Assembly: GCA_046761045.1 (NCBI GenBank)
Contig: JBHIFJ010000001.1
Location: 11,795 to 75,794 of the forward strand
DNA: 64,000 nucleotides
DNA from: Thermoplasmata archaeon
GTDB lineage: Archaea; Thermoplasmatota; Thermoplasmata; RBG-16-68-12; JAGMCJ01
Direction: 5' to 3'
The notes beneath the pieces are model-generated. The model did not search any database. It was given only the letters and a program-made list of their open reading frames with translations, and had not been told where the DNA came from. Position numbers and translations under genes: made by a program. Below are positions 47,991 to 58,239 of this stretch, piece by piece (the first letter of the stretch is position 1; every line of letters begins with the position of its first letter).

Positions 47991-48665
47991 TCACTTAGTC
48001 GTACCCAGTGTCCTGCCGCTTCCTCCGCAGAACTGCGTGATGTAGGTGATGGTCGTGTCCGCTGCGTCTCTCAGTATTCCCCTCTCAATTCCGGGAACGC
48101 CACACATCAAGGAGAGGACGTTGCTCGTTTGCATGGTCACCTTGGTCGCGTCTGAGTCCCGATAGGGGTAGATGGCGACCAGTTTCTCATCATCGGATAT
48201 CACGATCTCCTTCCCTGTCAGAATCTTCGGGGCATTCATGCCTATTCCTGTGAACTCCTCGTTGGGGGAAGCCCAGCGCATCATTAGGGGACCCCTGAAC
48301 TTGTCGAGGTCGAAGGAACCTATCGCCACGTTATGCTTCATGGAGGCCAGATTGTAGGCGTCGACCGCCGTATTGATAGTCGGGACCGGCTTCCCCTGGA
48401 GCACCCTCCTTATGAGGGCCTCGGATGCAGGTCGGTTTTTTGTCGGGTCGATGCCCAGCCGCCAGAAGAAATCCCTGTACCTCCGAACCCGCTCGTCATT
48501 CCTCAGGGCCTCAAGATCGTATCTTCTGGAGATCTCCTCTGCGACTTCCAGCTTGAGATGTTCCAGAGCGCTGGACTTCTTCTGGACTTTCACATCATTG
48601 ATCTCAAGGGCGACAACTTCCAGATCTGGGAACTTCTCTGTCAGCCGTCCGTCCAGAGTGATCAT
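47991..48665 (-). CDS. B3/4 domain protein (PheRS editing-like)
   Basis: YRDFFWRLGIDPTKNRPASEALIRR, INTAVDAYN and YRDSDATK motifs. Confidence 0.92.
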   Translation of the reverse strand: MITLDGRLTEKFPDLEVVALEINDVKVQKKSSALEHLKLEVAEEISRRYDLEALRNDERVRRYRDFFWRLGIDPTKNRPASEALIRRVLQGKPVPTINTAVDAYNLASMKHNVAIGSFDLDKFRGPLMMRWASPNEEFTGIGMNAPKILTGKEIVISDDEKLVAIYPYRDSDATKVTMQTSNVLSLMCGVPGIERGILRDAADTTITYITQFCGGSGRTLGTTK

Positions 48666-48687
48666 GAGAGCGTCATCGGGCCCGGGT

Positions 48688-49677
48688 CTAAAGGCTTTTT
48701 GTGCGGTCAATCGGGACCTTCCTTGCGGTGACCTCTGGGGCTTCCCGCCAGACCTTCGTCATCAAGAGAAAGAGGTAGACGATGTAGGAGACACCGACCA
48801 CGCTCATGCCAAGCATACCATTCGCCTCGTGGATGAAAGAGAGGATGATGAATGGCGTCAATATCCCCGTCACGAGGGCGAAGAGAGCCCTCTCGTTGTA
48901 TCTCCTCCCGGCTGAGTACGCCAAAGCGAGAGAGATGCCAACGCAGAGGAGAGCGAGAAGCGTGATGACGGTGGTCGGTGGAACATCCGATTCGGGAAGA
49001 CCGTAGACAATGACAGAAGCGAAGACCATGAAAAGGAAGCCGAGGAGGAAGAAGTGAATGGGCGGGAGAATGGGCCCCTCGCTCTTCATTCTTGGCCAAT
49101 CCCCTGGAACGCCGTAGGCGAGAAACACGAACATGAGAATCACAAGGAGGGTGAGGGCGTAGACGTACCCATCGGGGCGATATGTGAAGTGAAGAATGCC
49201 TGGCACGAATAGGAGAACAACGATGAGGCCGGGGATGAACAGCTGGATGTCAGAGAGAAGCCTTTCCCGCGTGAGCCTCGGATACATGAGATTGAAGAGG
49301 ATTATCGGGACCGCTATGCTGACTATCCCGTGGAACAAGGTGAGCCAGATTGCCCACACCCAATTGACTCCTGCCCATCTTCCATATTCGCCCAATGCTC
49401 CAAGGTCCTGCCAGGTCGGATCGTAGAAGCTCCTTACTACCAATCCCTCCAAGAAAACGCCGTAGGCGGCACCCAACAGGAGGACCGATGGCCAGCCCTT
49501 TTTCCATTTGACGGCGAGTTCTCTCACCGTCAGAACCCCGCAACCGTACAGGCCAACGAGGAAGAGAAATCCCAGAGGGAAGAAGAACTCCAACGGCGGA
49601 GACGAGCCCGAAAGGAGCTCAGCCGTCAGGGGCGAAAGCAGAACGAGCGCTAGGATTGCGGCCTGCTTGTCATTCAT
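48688..49677 (-). CDS. Multi-pass membrane protein of unknown function
   Basis: About 10 TMs; AELLSGSSP, LYG.G....RE and EGL...S motifs. Confidence 0.8.
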   Translation of the reverse strand: MNDKQAAILALVLLSPLTAELLSGSSPPLEFFFPLGFLFLVGLYGCGVLTVRELAVKWKKGWPSVLLLGAAYGVFLEGLVVRSFYDPTWQDLGALGEYGRWAGVNWVWAIWLTLFHGIVSIAVPIILFNLMYPRLTRERLLSDIQLFIPGLIVVLLFVPGILHFTYRPDGYVYALTLLVILMFVFLAYGVPGDWPRMKSEGPILPPIHFFLLGFLFMVFASVIVYGLPESDVPPTTVITLLALLCVGISLALAYSAGRRYNERALFALVTGILTPFIILSFIHEANGMLGMSVVGVSYIVYLFLLMTKVWREAPEVTARKVPIDRTKSL

Positions 49678-49876
49678 CCGACGTGGTTCTCTCTTTTCTC
49701 CTTCTTATAGTTGTTGGAGTCCCTCACTGCAGAGGGCCCATGAGGGATTTCGAAACGAGACCACATCGGAACATGAGCGCCATTTCTGCGATGCAGTTTC
49801 CTAAGAAGAGTTCCCACCCACCCTATGAGGCTGCCCGATCAGCCTCACCCATGAGCCGTCCAGGAAACCTGGGCCG

Positions 49877-50143
49877 CTACGCGTCTAGGAGGTAGTAAAT
49901 CTTAGTCCAGTGGTCCCTTGGACTCCTCAAACACTTAAGGAGCCTGAGGTTCACGAGGATGTCCAGATTCTTCCTCGTTGTCTTGTTTCCCCATCTGTAT
50001 TTCTTGGCCATGTACTCGGTCAGATTCTTCTCCATCTTTACCTCTCCGTCGAAGTGAGATTCGATCACCCGCAAAAGCATAGCCAGATTCCTCAGCTTCC
50101 TTACGTCACGCACATGTTCTTTCAGAACTTCCCATCTTGTCAT
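49877..50143 (-). CDS. Small basic winged-helix-like protein
   Basis: Helix-turn-helix (YMAKKYRWGNKTTRKNLDILVNLRLL) plus a wing ending KIYYL. Confidence 0.65.
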   Translation of the reverse strand: MTRWEVLKEHVRDVRKLRNLAMLLRVIESHFDGEVKMEKNLTEYMAKKYRWGNKTTRKNLDILVNLRLLKCLRSPRDHWTKIYYLLDA

Positions 50144-50412
50144 TGTCCATCCTCCGAAAGGTTCGGGGCGGAGCGCGGCGCTTGGAAGTACTGGCCAAAA
50201 AAGCTAGGGCTCGTTCTAAATGCTCCGTAGAACCATTTTCGGATTCTGAAGAGGTGATTCCCAAGTGTGAGAATCCAAAAGCCATCGGAAGGGTCTTTCT
50301 GGTGGACGAGCGACGAAACGTGCACTTCTCCCGCCCTTTCTGCGACTGGCGTTGTGGCTGCAGAATCATTCGACCCGTTTCGGAGCATCGCCGAGTTCCG
50401 CTCACGAACCAT
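50140..50412 (-). CDS. Hypothetical protein
   Basis: 90-aa ORF in ATGA coupling with the wHTH gene; TATA-like TTAATAT about 30 nt upstream. Confidence 0.4.
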   Translation of the reverse strand: MVRERNSAMLRNGSNDSAATTPVAERAGEVHVSSLVHQKDPSDGFWILTLGNHLFRIRKWFYGAFRTSPSFFGQYFQAPRSAPNLSEDGQ

Positions 50413-50607
50413 GGGTCACATAGAATATCGACGTCGGATATTAAGGGTTGTTCGACATGTAAAATACATGTTGGGGATTCTTGAATTTTTGGAATGTCTT
50501 GAATGTACTCTTTCCTTTTTCACGAGCTACTTCCCCAAGACGACAGTTCCATCATTCAGCGGCGAGAGGGCGGTCGTCTTGCCTGAGTTGTTCGTCCCCT
50601 CATGCAG

Positions 50608-51411
50608 TCAGACACCAAGGATCTCCTTCATTTTGAGCGAGTCCTTGTCGAGAACAGGGCTTTCGCTTATGATAGTAATATCATACTTCCTCTTCAGCAA
50701 GACCTTCGCTAGCTTTGAGAAATCTGGCGACTTCGCCTCCATCTCAAGATGCCTTTTCTCACCCCTTTCTCCGTACTCGATGCAGCTAAAATGGCAGTGG
50801 AGGAAATCTGTTGTGAACTCCTCGTACTCCTGAAGGAAATCCTCGAAATCCCGGATCCTCTTGAATCGACCTTGACCGCGAGCATGGGCATGAGCCCAGT
50901 CAATGACGGGATAGACGCCCTCGACGTTCTGGCATACATTGATGATCTCCTCCAGTGTGCCGAAGCCCGCCAGCTTCCCCGTCAGTTCCAGTCCTATGAA
51001 CACCTCCCAGCCCTCGTCCCGTATCCTTTTGATGCAGCTGGAGAGCCGCTTTCTGATATTCCTTGTGACAACAGACGGCTTCATCCCATGCAGGAATCCC
51101 GGGTGGTGCACCAGTATGTATCCGCCCCAGGCATTCATCATCTCTGCTGCTCGATGAATCCATACACAGCTCTTCCTCAGGACTGCCTTGTCCATCGAGT
51201 TGAGGTTGATGTAGTAGGGGGCGTGGCAGCTTATACGTATGCCATTGTCTCTTGCCAGTTCCCCGAGTCTTTCCGCCGTCTCCAGCTTTGTCTGAATCCC
51301 GTACGTGTACTGGACCTCCATGGCGTTCAGCCCCATCTCCTTCAGCATCGGGAGGCCCTCCTCCATTCCTTTGGAATCCATTGGGTGTCCTGCGGGCCCG
51401 AGATAGAACAT
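50608..51411 (-). CDS. nfo: Endonuclease IV (AP endonuclease family 2)
   Basis: HAPYYINLNS, HPG, ELTGK, DWAHAHAR, HCHFS and ISES metal-ligand motifs. Confidence 0.92.
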   Translation of the reverse strand: MFYLGPAGHPMDSKGMEEGLPMLKEMGLNAMEVQYTYGIQTKLETAERLGELARDNGIRISCHAPYYINLNSMDKAVLRKSCVWIHRAAEMMNAWGGYILVHHPGFLHGMKPSVVTRNIRKRLSSCIKRIRDEGWEVFIGLELTGKLAGFGTLEEIINVCQNVEGVYPVIDWAHAHARGQGRFKRIRDFEDFLQEYEEFTTDFLHCHFSCIEYGERGEKRHLEMEAKSPDFSKLAKVLLKRKYDITIISESPVLDKDSLKMKEILGV

Positions 51412-51487
51412 CGCTAGTGAATCAGCGGGCCACCGATATAGCCTTTGTGAGCAATCCTTTTCTAGCGGGAGCGTGATTCTCATCATC

Positions 51488-51970
51488 ATGGAATTCGAGG
51501 ATGTACAGATTGAGAAGCCCGATGACGTAAATCTCATTCTGGGTCAGACCCATTTCATCAAGAGCGTGGAGGACATCTACGAGGCTGCGGTGACATCCGC
51601 ACCAGGCATCAAGTTCGGCATTGCGTTCTGCGAGGCCTCTGCGGACCGCCTCATTCGATCCGACGGAACGGACGAAGAGCTTCGCGAGCTGGCGGTCAGA
51701 AACGCCGAGAGGATAGGAGCGGGTCATATGTTCATCCTTTTCATGCGGGAGGCCTTTCCCATCAACATACTCCCTCGGATAAAGGATGTGCCGGAGGTCT
51801 GCAGCATCTTCGCCGCGACTGCGAATCCAGTTCGGGTCGTTGTGGCCAGGACGGAGCAGGGCAGTGGGATCGTGGGAGTCATCGACGGGGAGAGTCCCTT
51901 GGGCACAGAGACCGAGCGGGACATCAAGGAGAGGAAGGAGTTCCTGAGGAAGATAGGATACAAGCGCTGA
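51488..51970 (+). CDS. Adenosine-specific kinase family (DUF355) protein
   Basis: NLILGQTHFIKSVED, FCEAS, GAGH and ATANP motifs. Confidence 0.92.
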   Translation: MEFEDVQIEKPDDVNLILGQTHFIKSVEDIYEAAVTSAPGIKFGIAFCEASADRLIRSDGTDEELRELAVRNAERIGAGHMFILFMREAFPINILPRIKDVPEVCSIFAATANPVRVVVARTEQGSGIVGVIDGESPLGTETERDIKERKEFLRKIGYKR

Positions 51971-52381
51971 GCATTGCCGACGCCTCCGTGGAGGCCTGTG
52001 AGGATCAAAGCGCCAACTCAACCCCTTCAGGGAACCGCCGCAAGATGGCATGTCATGCTCGTGCTTTCCTCAAGTGGCGACCTCATCGCTCGGGCTTGCC
52101 CCCCTGCCAATATTCGTGGACCTCTCCTCCCTTCATATCGCGACACATCGGCACTCTCTCATCCATAACGACCACTCTCCCGTCCGGTGTTGGCAAGTAT
52201 CTTCTTTCGCAGCGTGAGGAAGGTTGCGAGGCCAGATGTGTTCTGCCTTCAAACCACAAGGAACTGCCAAAACAAATGCTGCGGAAGCTCCCAGAACTCA
52301 AAGTTTGGTGAGATTGCTCGAAATAATGTCAATTTTTCGCAAGCAATCCTTTTATAGTTGAATATCAGTTTTATATTGGTC

Positions 52382-53302
52382 ATGGAATCGGATGAGGGGA
52401 GGACTTTTTGTCCGGAATGTCAATGCGAGAGATTCATTAGGGACTACGAGCGCGCAGAGATCGTCTGCGGAAACTGTGGTCTGGTGCTCTCTGATTCCAT
52501 CATAGACGAGGGTCCCGAGTGGAGGGCCTTTGACTCCGACCAGAGGGAGACTCGTGAAAGAACGGGACCGCCCTTGAGCATAATGTCCCACGACTACGGG
52601 CTTTCCACACAGATCGGCTGGAGGAATCAGGACGCCTACGGGAAGGCAATCCCGCACAAGTCGAGATCGCAGATCTACAGGTTGCGGAAATGGCAGCACA
52701 GGATCAGGACATCGAAAGCGGGGGAGAGAAGCCTGGCGCAGGGCTTGACCGAGATCAACACCATGGCCTCCAAGATGGGCCTTCCAAGACATGTTAGGGA
52801 GACAGCCGCCGTCTTCTACAGGAAGGCGTCCTCGAAGAACCTCGTTAGGGGAAGGAGCATCGATGAGGTTGTCGCGGCGACGCTCTATGCGGCGTGCCGG
52901 AAGTGCCAAGTGCCCCGGACACTGGATGAGATGGCAAACGAGGCCAGGGTGGATAGGAAGAGCATCGGGAGAACATATAGGACGATTGCCCGGGAACTCA
53001 ACCTAAGGCTGATGCCGCAGAGCCCGGCGGACTATATCCCGCGGTTCTGCAATAGGCTCAGGCTGGGCATGGATGTCCAGAGGAGGAGCAAGGAGATTCT
53101 TGAGGAAGTTGAGCAGGCCGAGCTTGCCTCCGGCGTCGCGCCCTCTGGAGTTGCAGCGGCGGTCATCTATATCGCCTCGGCAATATGTGGTCAGCCATGT
53201 ACGCAGAAGGATGTCGCCGAGGTTTCTGGTGTCACAGAGGTGACCATTAGGAACAGGTACAAGAGGATAATATCCAGTCTCGACCTGAACTTCAAGAGCT
53301 AG
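52382..53302 (+). CDS. tfb: Transcription initiation factor IIB
   Basis: CPEC..CGNCG zinc ribbon, GPEWRAF, RLRKWQ, VRGRSI and [10 protein letters not shown] motifs. Confidence 0.97.
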   Translation: MESDEGRTFCPECQCERFIRDYERAEIVCGNCGLVLSDSIIDEGPEWRAFDSDQRETRERTGPPLSIMSHDYGLSTQIGWRNQDAYGKAIPHKSRSQIYRLRKWQHRIRTSKAGERSLAQGLTEINTMASKMGLPRHVRETAAVFYRKASSKNLVRGRSIDEVVAATLYAACRKCQVPRTLDEMANEARVDRKSIGRTYRTIARELNLRLMPQSPADYIPRFCNRLRLGMDVQRRSKEILEEVEQAELASGVAPSGVAAAVIYIASAICGQPCTQKDVAEVSGVTEVTIRNRYKRIISSLDLNFKS

Positions 53303-53351
53303 CTGGCAAAACGTTTTATGTCAATTCTCATATCCGACCCCAGGTGCTCCA

Positions 53352-54188
53352 ATGGCCGAGGAAGCTGAACTGACCGTTTTGGATGGCGACCTAGTCTATG
53401 TCGACTACGATGTGTGGATAGTGCACCCCGACGGTAGGGAAGACCTTTTCGACACGACAAACAAGGAGCTCGCCGAGAAGCATGAGAAGTACGACAAGAC
53501 GAGGGTCTACGCGCCTCAGCCACTTGTCATCGGCAAAGGCAGGATATTCCCCGGGTGGGAGGACTCGCTGAGGAACACGAAGGTGGGAGTGAAGACGACA
53601 ATCGAGATTCCCCCGGAAAAGGCGGCGGGTGAGAGGGACCCAAGACTCGTGGAACTGCATTCCATCAGGGAGTTCGTGAGAAAGGAGATAACCCCTGAGG
53701 TTGGGAAGGAGGTCATCCTCGGACAGAAGAAGGGCATCATCACTGCAGTCACGGCGGGCCGCGTTCGAGTGGACTTCAACAGCCCTCTTGCTGGAAGGAC
53801 GCTCAGATACGAATACACGGTCACGAAGAGGGCCGAATCGCCCGAGGAGAAGGTCAAGGCGGTCATAGAGATGGACTATGGCAACCCTGAGGAGTTCGAT
53901 GTGAAGGTTGTTGGCGATGGTGTCATCATCAAGTTGCCGGATGTCTGCAAGTATGACGAGCTTTGGTTCGTCTCCAAGTACCGGGTCATCAGCGATTTGA
54001 GGGACATCGCCGGAGTCGAGACGATTCGCTTCGTCGAGGAGTATGTGAGGAAAGAGAGGCCGAGCGAAGAGGCCGAAGAGGAGGCTGAGTCCGAAGAAGA
54101 CGAAGAGGAGGACGAAGAGCCAAAGCCTTCCGAGGAGGCGATCGTGCCCGAAGAGCTTCCCGCCCAGGAAGCTCCTGAGTCCGAGTGA
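53352..54188 (+). CDS. FKBP-type peptidyl-prolyl isomerase, long archaeal (SlyD-like) form with an acidic tail
   Basis: FDTT, IPPEKAAGERD and RVRVDFNSPLAG motifs. Confidence 0.93.
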   Translation: MAEEAELTVLDGDLVYVDYDVWIVHPDGREDLFDTTNKELAEKHEKYDKTRVYAPQPLVIGKGRIFPGWEDSLRNTKVGVKTTIEIPPEKAAGERDPRLVELHSIREFVRKEITPEVGKEVILGQKKGIITAVTAGRVRVDFNSPLAGRTLRYEYTVTKRAESPEEKVKAVIEMDYGNPEEFDVKVVGDGVIIKLPDVCKYDELWFVSKYRVISDLRDIAGVETIRFVEEYVRKERPSEEAEEEAESEEDEEEDEEPKPSEEAIVPEELPAQEAPESE

Positions 54189-54235
54189 TGGGGCACTCGA
54201 CAGGATTTTATAACCTCATGCATTTTGCGTCAATG

Positions 54236-54310
54236 GGACGTGTGGCCTAGCCTGGATATGGCACCAGCCTCCTAAGCTGGCAGTCGGGGGTTCGAATCCC
54301 CCCACGTCCG
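54236..54310 (+). tRNA. tRNA-Arg(CCT)
   Basis: Acceptor GGACGTG/CACGTCC, anticodon arm CCAGC-CTCCTAA-GCTGG, T-arm GGGGG-TTCGAAT-CCCCC; TTTTATAA about 25 nt upstream. Confidence 0.95.
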
Positions 54311-54312
54311 TC

Positions 54313-55248
54313 TCACATCGACGTTTTTCCGAAGATCTTCCTGGCCGCCGTGTGCGGATCGATTTCCTTCTTGGCGATCATCCCCACGAGTTCCTCGAAC
54401 TGTGCGCGAAGCTCAGGCTTCTCAGATATCACGAGGAACAGATGGCGAGAGAGGGCCGTGCGGAGCTCGTCCTTTGCCCGCTTGATTTGCTCCTCTTCCA
54501 GTCTGCCGCTTTTCTTGAGGAACTCGAAGTGCTCCTCTATCAAGTCCGCCAGCTCAGGCACACCCTTGTCCTCCGTCGCTACGGTGAGCTGAATCTTCGG
54601 CTTCCAGCCGCTGGGCTTTTCCTGCTCGATTACAAGGCTCAGATTGGCCAATGTGCTGTCCACGCCATCGAGGTCGGCCTTGTTTATGACGAATATGTCC
54701 CCAATCTCGAGGATGCCGGCCTTCATGGCTTGGATGTCGTCGCCAAGACCAGGCATTTCGACGACCACCGATGTGTGTGCGATCTTCGCTATCTCCACCT
54801 CGGACTGCCCGGCTCCTGCTGTCTCTGCGAAGATCTTCTGCATTCCCATCGCATCCAGAACCTTCAGGACATCGGCCGTTGACCTCGAAGTCCCTCCAGT
54901 ATGGCCTCGCGTTCCCATGCTTCTGATGAAGACGCCCTCATCGAGGGTGAGGCCGCCCATTCTAATTCTGTCGCCGAGAAGCGCCCCGCCGGTGTATGGT
55001 GATGTGGGATCGATTGCCACTATTCCCACCTTCATGCCTCTCCTTCTGAACTCCTTTGTCAGGGCGAACACAAGCGTGCTCTTTCCCGTACCAGTCGGTC
55101 CCGTTATCCCGATTATGTGCGCATCTCCAGTGTGTGGATAGATCGCTCCAAGAATCTCGGATGCCCTCCTGTCATCATCCTCTAACATCGATATCGCTTT
55201 GGCGGCCGCCCGCCTATCTCCTTTCAGGAGACGATCGACTAGGTCCAT
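54313..55248 (-). CDS. meaB: Acyl-CoA mutase-associated GTPase MeaB
   Basis: GPTGTGKST, DPTSPYTGGALLGDRIRM, ETAGAGQSE and NKAD motifs. Confidence 0.96.
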   Translation of the reverse strand: MDLVDRLLKGDRRAAAKAISMLEDDDRRASEILGAIYPHTGDAHIIGITGPTGTGKSTLVFALTKEFRRRGMKVGIVAIDPTSPYTGGALLGDRIRMGGLTLDEGVFIRSMGTRGHTGGTSRSTADVLKVLDAMGMQKIFAETAGAGQSEVEIAKIAHTSVVVEMPGLGDDIQAMKAGILEIGDIFVINKADLDGVDSTLANLSLVIEQEKPSGWKPKIQLTVATEDKGVPELADLIEEHFEFLKKSGRLEEEQIKRAKDELRTALSRHLFLVISEKPELRAQFEELVGMIAKKEIDPHTAARKIFGKTSM

Positions 55249-55641
55249 TCACTTCCTCGCGATTCTCTCGTGGAACTCGACTATTTCCTGAAGAGGCGTT
55301 CCAGGACCGAATACGGCGGCTATACCCATCTTCTTGAGCTTCGGGACGTCCTCATCTGGGATTATCCCCCCGCAGGTCACGACGATATCTTTGATTCCCT
55401 TCTCCTTGAGGATGTCCATCACGCTCTTGAAGAGGGTCATGTGAGCCCCCGAGAGACAGCTCAATCCAATCGCGTTCACGTCCTCCTGGATGGCGGCCTC
55501 CACTATCTGCTCAGGCGTCTGATGGAGGCCGGTGTATATGACTTCCATCCCTGCATCTCTCAGCGCGCGGGCGACGACCTTCGCTCCTCTATCATGGCCA
55601 TCCAATCCGGGTTTTGCGACTAGCACTCTCAACTTCGCCAT
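55249..55641 (-). CDS. Acyl-CoA mutase cobalamin-binding (small) subunit
   Basis: [21 protein letters not shown] and GGIIP motifs. Confidence 0.96.
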   Translation of the reverse strand: MAKLRVLVAKPGLDGHDRGAKVVARALRDAGMEVIYTGLHQTPEQIVEAAIQEDVNAIGLSCLSGAHMTLFKSVMDILKEKGIKDIVVTCGGIIPDEDVPKLKKMGIAAVFGPGTPLQEIVEFHERIARK

Positions 55642-55650
55642 TGACACACC

Positions 55651-57345
55651 TCAGTAGATGATGGGTTCCTTGTACTCCCCAAATACTTCCCTGAACACTC
55701 CACATGTCTCCCCGAGTGTTGCATACGACCGCACACAGTCCAGTATGTGAGGCATCATGTTCTCTTCGCCCTTTGCGGCCTTCCTCAGCTTGTCCAGATT
55801 CCTTTCGACCTTCTTCTGGTCTCTCTTCTCTTTGACTCTGCTGAGCCTCTCGAGATGCCTCCTTTCGCCTTCAGGATCCATCTTGATAAGGGCAATCTCC
55901 AAGGGCTCCTCCTCGACATACTCATTGACACCCACGACTATTCTTTCCTTCTCGTCCGTCTCTTTCTGGTACCTGTATGCCGCACGGGCGATTTCCTTCT
56001 GGAAGAAGCCCTTGTTTATCGCAGCTATGACTCCTCCGAGGGCCTCAATCTTGTCGAAATACCCGTAGGCCTCTTCCTCCATCCGGTCGGTCAGGTACTC
56101 GAGGAAATAGGAGCCGCCGAGCGGGTCGACGGTGTTTGTGACCCCACTTTCATGCGCGATTATCTGTTGCGTTCTCAGTGCAATCTTGACCGCCTTCTCC
56201 GAAGGAACAGCGTAGGCTTCGTCCATGGAGTTTGTGTGGAGTGACTGCGTCCCGCCAAGGACCGCTGCGAGCGCCTGGACAGTGACCCGAACGATGTTGT
56301 TCTCGGGCTGCTGAGCGGTGAGGGAGCATCCTGCAGTCTGCGTGTGGAACCTCATCCACCAGGATCTTGGCTTCTTTGCTCCGAACGTCTCCTTCAGCTC
56401 CCTCGCCCAGATCCTCCTTGCCGCTCTGTACTTTGCAATCTCCTCAAAGAGGTCATTGTGGGCGTTGAAGAAGAAGGATAGGCGGGGGGCGAACTCGTCC
56501 ACATCCAGGCCCCTTTCCATTGCTGCACGCACATACTCGAATCCATCGGCGAGGGTGAAGGCAAGTTCCTGCACCGCAGTTGAGCCTGCTTCACGAATGT
56601 GATAGCCGCTGATTGAGATCGTGTTCCAGAGCGGGACCTCCTTCGAACCGAATTCGAACGTGTCCACGATGAGCCTCATGGACGGTTCTGGAGGGAAGAT
56701 ATATGACTTCTGTGCGATGTACTCCTTCAGGATGTCATTCTGTATCGTCCCCCTTATCTTCGTAGACGGGACACCCTGCTTTTCTGCGGCGACTATGTAC
56801 ATCCCCCATATGACGGAAGCAGGACCGTTTATCGTCATGCTCGTGCTTATCTCGCCGAGAGGAATGCCCTCGAAGAGAATTTCCATATCTTTCAAGGAAC
56901 TGATCGCTACACCGCATTTCCCGAACTCCCCCTTTGCCATGGGATGGTCTGTGTCGTACCCATACAAGGTGGGGAAATCGAAGGCGACGCTCAGGCCAGT
57001 CTCACCGTGCTTGAGGAGGTACTTGTATCTCTGGTTGGTCTCCTCTGCTGTTCCGAAGCCTGAGAACATTCTCATGGTCCAGAGCCTGCTTCTGTACAGC
57101 GTCGGATGCACGCCTCTCGTGAAGGGATATTCCCCGGGCAGGCCAAGCTTCTGTATGTAGTCGAAATCGGGGAGATCATCCGGCGTGTAGAGCCGATCGA
57201 CAGGAGCGCTTGATGTCGTCATGAACACATCCCTCCTTTCCGGAAGGATGTCGAGGGACCTCTTCAGCATCTTGCGCTCCCACTCCAGTTTCCTCTTCCT
57301 GATCTCTTCGAGGTCTTCCTTGAGCATCGACAAGCCCCTTGCCAT
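55651..57345 (-). CDS. Methylmalonyl-CoA mutase family large subunit with an isobutyryl-CoA mutase-type (Phe/Gln) signature
   Basis: [36 protein letters not shown] and GGTQSLHTN motifs. Confidence 0.93.
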   Translation of the reverse strand: MARGLSMLKEDLEEIRKRKLEWERKMLKRSLDILPERRDVFMTTSSAPVDRLYTPDDLPDFDYIQKLGLPGEYPFTRGVHPTLYRSRLWTMRMFSGFGTAEETNQRYKYLLKHGETGLSVAFDFPTLYGYDTDHPMAKGEFGKCGVAISSLKDMEILFEGIPLGEISTSMTINGPASVIWGMYIVAAEKQGVPSTKIRGTIQNDILKEYIAQKSYIFPPEPSMRLIVDTFEFGSKEVPLWNTISISGYHIREAGSTAVQELAFTLADGFEYVRAAMERGLDVDEFAPRLSFFFNAHNDLFEEIAKYRAARRIWARELKETFGAKKPRSWWMRFHTQTAGCSLTAQQPENNIVRVTVQALAAVLGGTQSLHTNSMDEAYAVPSEKAVKIALRTQQIIAHESGVTNTVDPLGGSYFLEYLTDRMEEEAYGYFDKIEALGGVIAAINKGFFQKEIARAAYRYQKETDEKERIVVGVNEYVEEEPLEIALIKMDPEGERRHLERLSRVKEKRDQKKVERNLDKLRKAAKGEENMMPHILDCVRSYATLGETCGVFREVFGEYKEPIIY

Positions 57346-57423
57346 TCATGAAAAGTGAAGTCTGCTTATCTAGTTTGCGGGGAACTAGGACACATAAATA
57401 GATGTTGACCGATTCACGGCCCA

Positions 57424-57990
57424 ATGACCGAATATTACTTCGATATTGAGACAGTCGGAACGGACCCGCTGATGGACAAGATAGTCACGATTCAGTACCA
57501 GCAGCTTGTGGATGGTAACCCTATTGGCGATTTTCGCGTTCTCAAGGAATGGGAGGAGGGCGAGAAGAGAATCATCGAAAGAATCATCGGGGAGAAGCTT
57601 CTCCAACCACACTGGGACTTCGTACCGATCGGAAACAACCTCAGATTTGACATCATCTTCCTGATGGAAAGGGCACAGCAGTACGGGCTGGAGAAATGGG
57701 ACGCTGGAGAGATCAAGCAGTACTTCTTCCTGAAGCCCATGATAGACATCCGTCCCGTCCTCATACTCATGAACGCTGGGAGGTTCAAGGGCTCGGGTTT
57801 GGACGCATTCACGGGGAAGGAGAAGGGTGTTCAGGTCCCGATATGGTACGCGGAGCAGAAGTACGATGAAATACTCAGCTACGTGGAGACGGAACGGGAG
57901 GAGGCCATTGCACTGTACAGGGAGATAGCGAGCCTTCTGGAGGCCTTTGGCAGGAGGAAAAGAGAATCCTCCAGGATGCCGAATCCGTAG
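57424..57990 (+). CDS. Stand-alone DEDD/RNase H-like 3'-5' exonuclease domain protein
   Basis: ExoI FDIET, ExoII GNNLRFD and ExoIII-like YVETE motifs. Confidence 0.8.
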   Translation: MTEYYFDIETVGTDPLMDKIVTIQYQQLVDGNPIGDFRVLKEWEEGEKRIIERIIGEKLLQPHWDFVPIGNNLRFDIIFLMERAQQYGLEKWDAGEIKQYFFLKPMIDIRPVLILMNAGRFKGSGLDAFTGKEKGVQVPIWYAEQKYDEILSYVETEREEAIALYREIASLLEAFGRRKRESSRMPNP

Positions 57991-58239
57991 AGGTTCTTGG
58001 ATATTCTGCTGGCAGGCGTTCAGCGCAAAGAGCCAGATAGGGATGGCGATTCTTGGGAAAAACATAAATACATCCATATGAATCGAAACATCGGAGGATA
58101 AGGGCGAAGCATTATCGAGACTCGAAAGGGGGATTCGTGATAGCGATGACATCGCTCTCGGGCGCAACCTACTCCTTTCTTCGGATTCTGTCTAAAGGGC
58201 TCGCTGGCGGTTGGGGTCCCTCACGAGGAGGCGGTTCAG

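Noticed and set aside
51971..52381. RNase P or SRP RNA, or a small zinc-finger ORF (52083-52301), in the 410-bp gap before tfb
   Set aside because: There is a GAGGAAAG on the minus strand but no matching P4 partner or SRP helix-8 motif, and the ORF has only two isolated Cys. An Infernal search would settle it.
14270..54310. Integrated element bounded by the tRNA genes
   Set aside because: No integrase and no duplicated tRNA 3' end were noticed, and the interval contains core genes.
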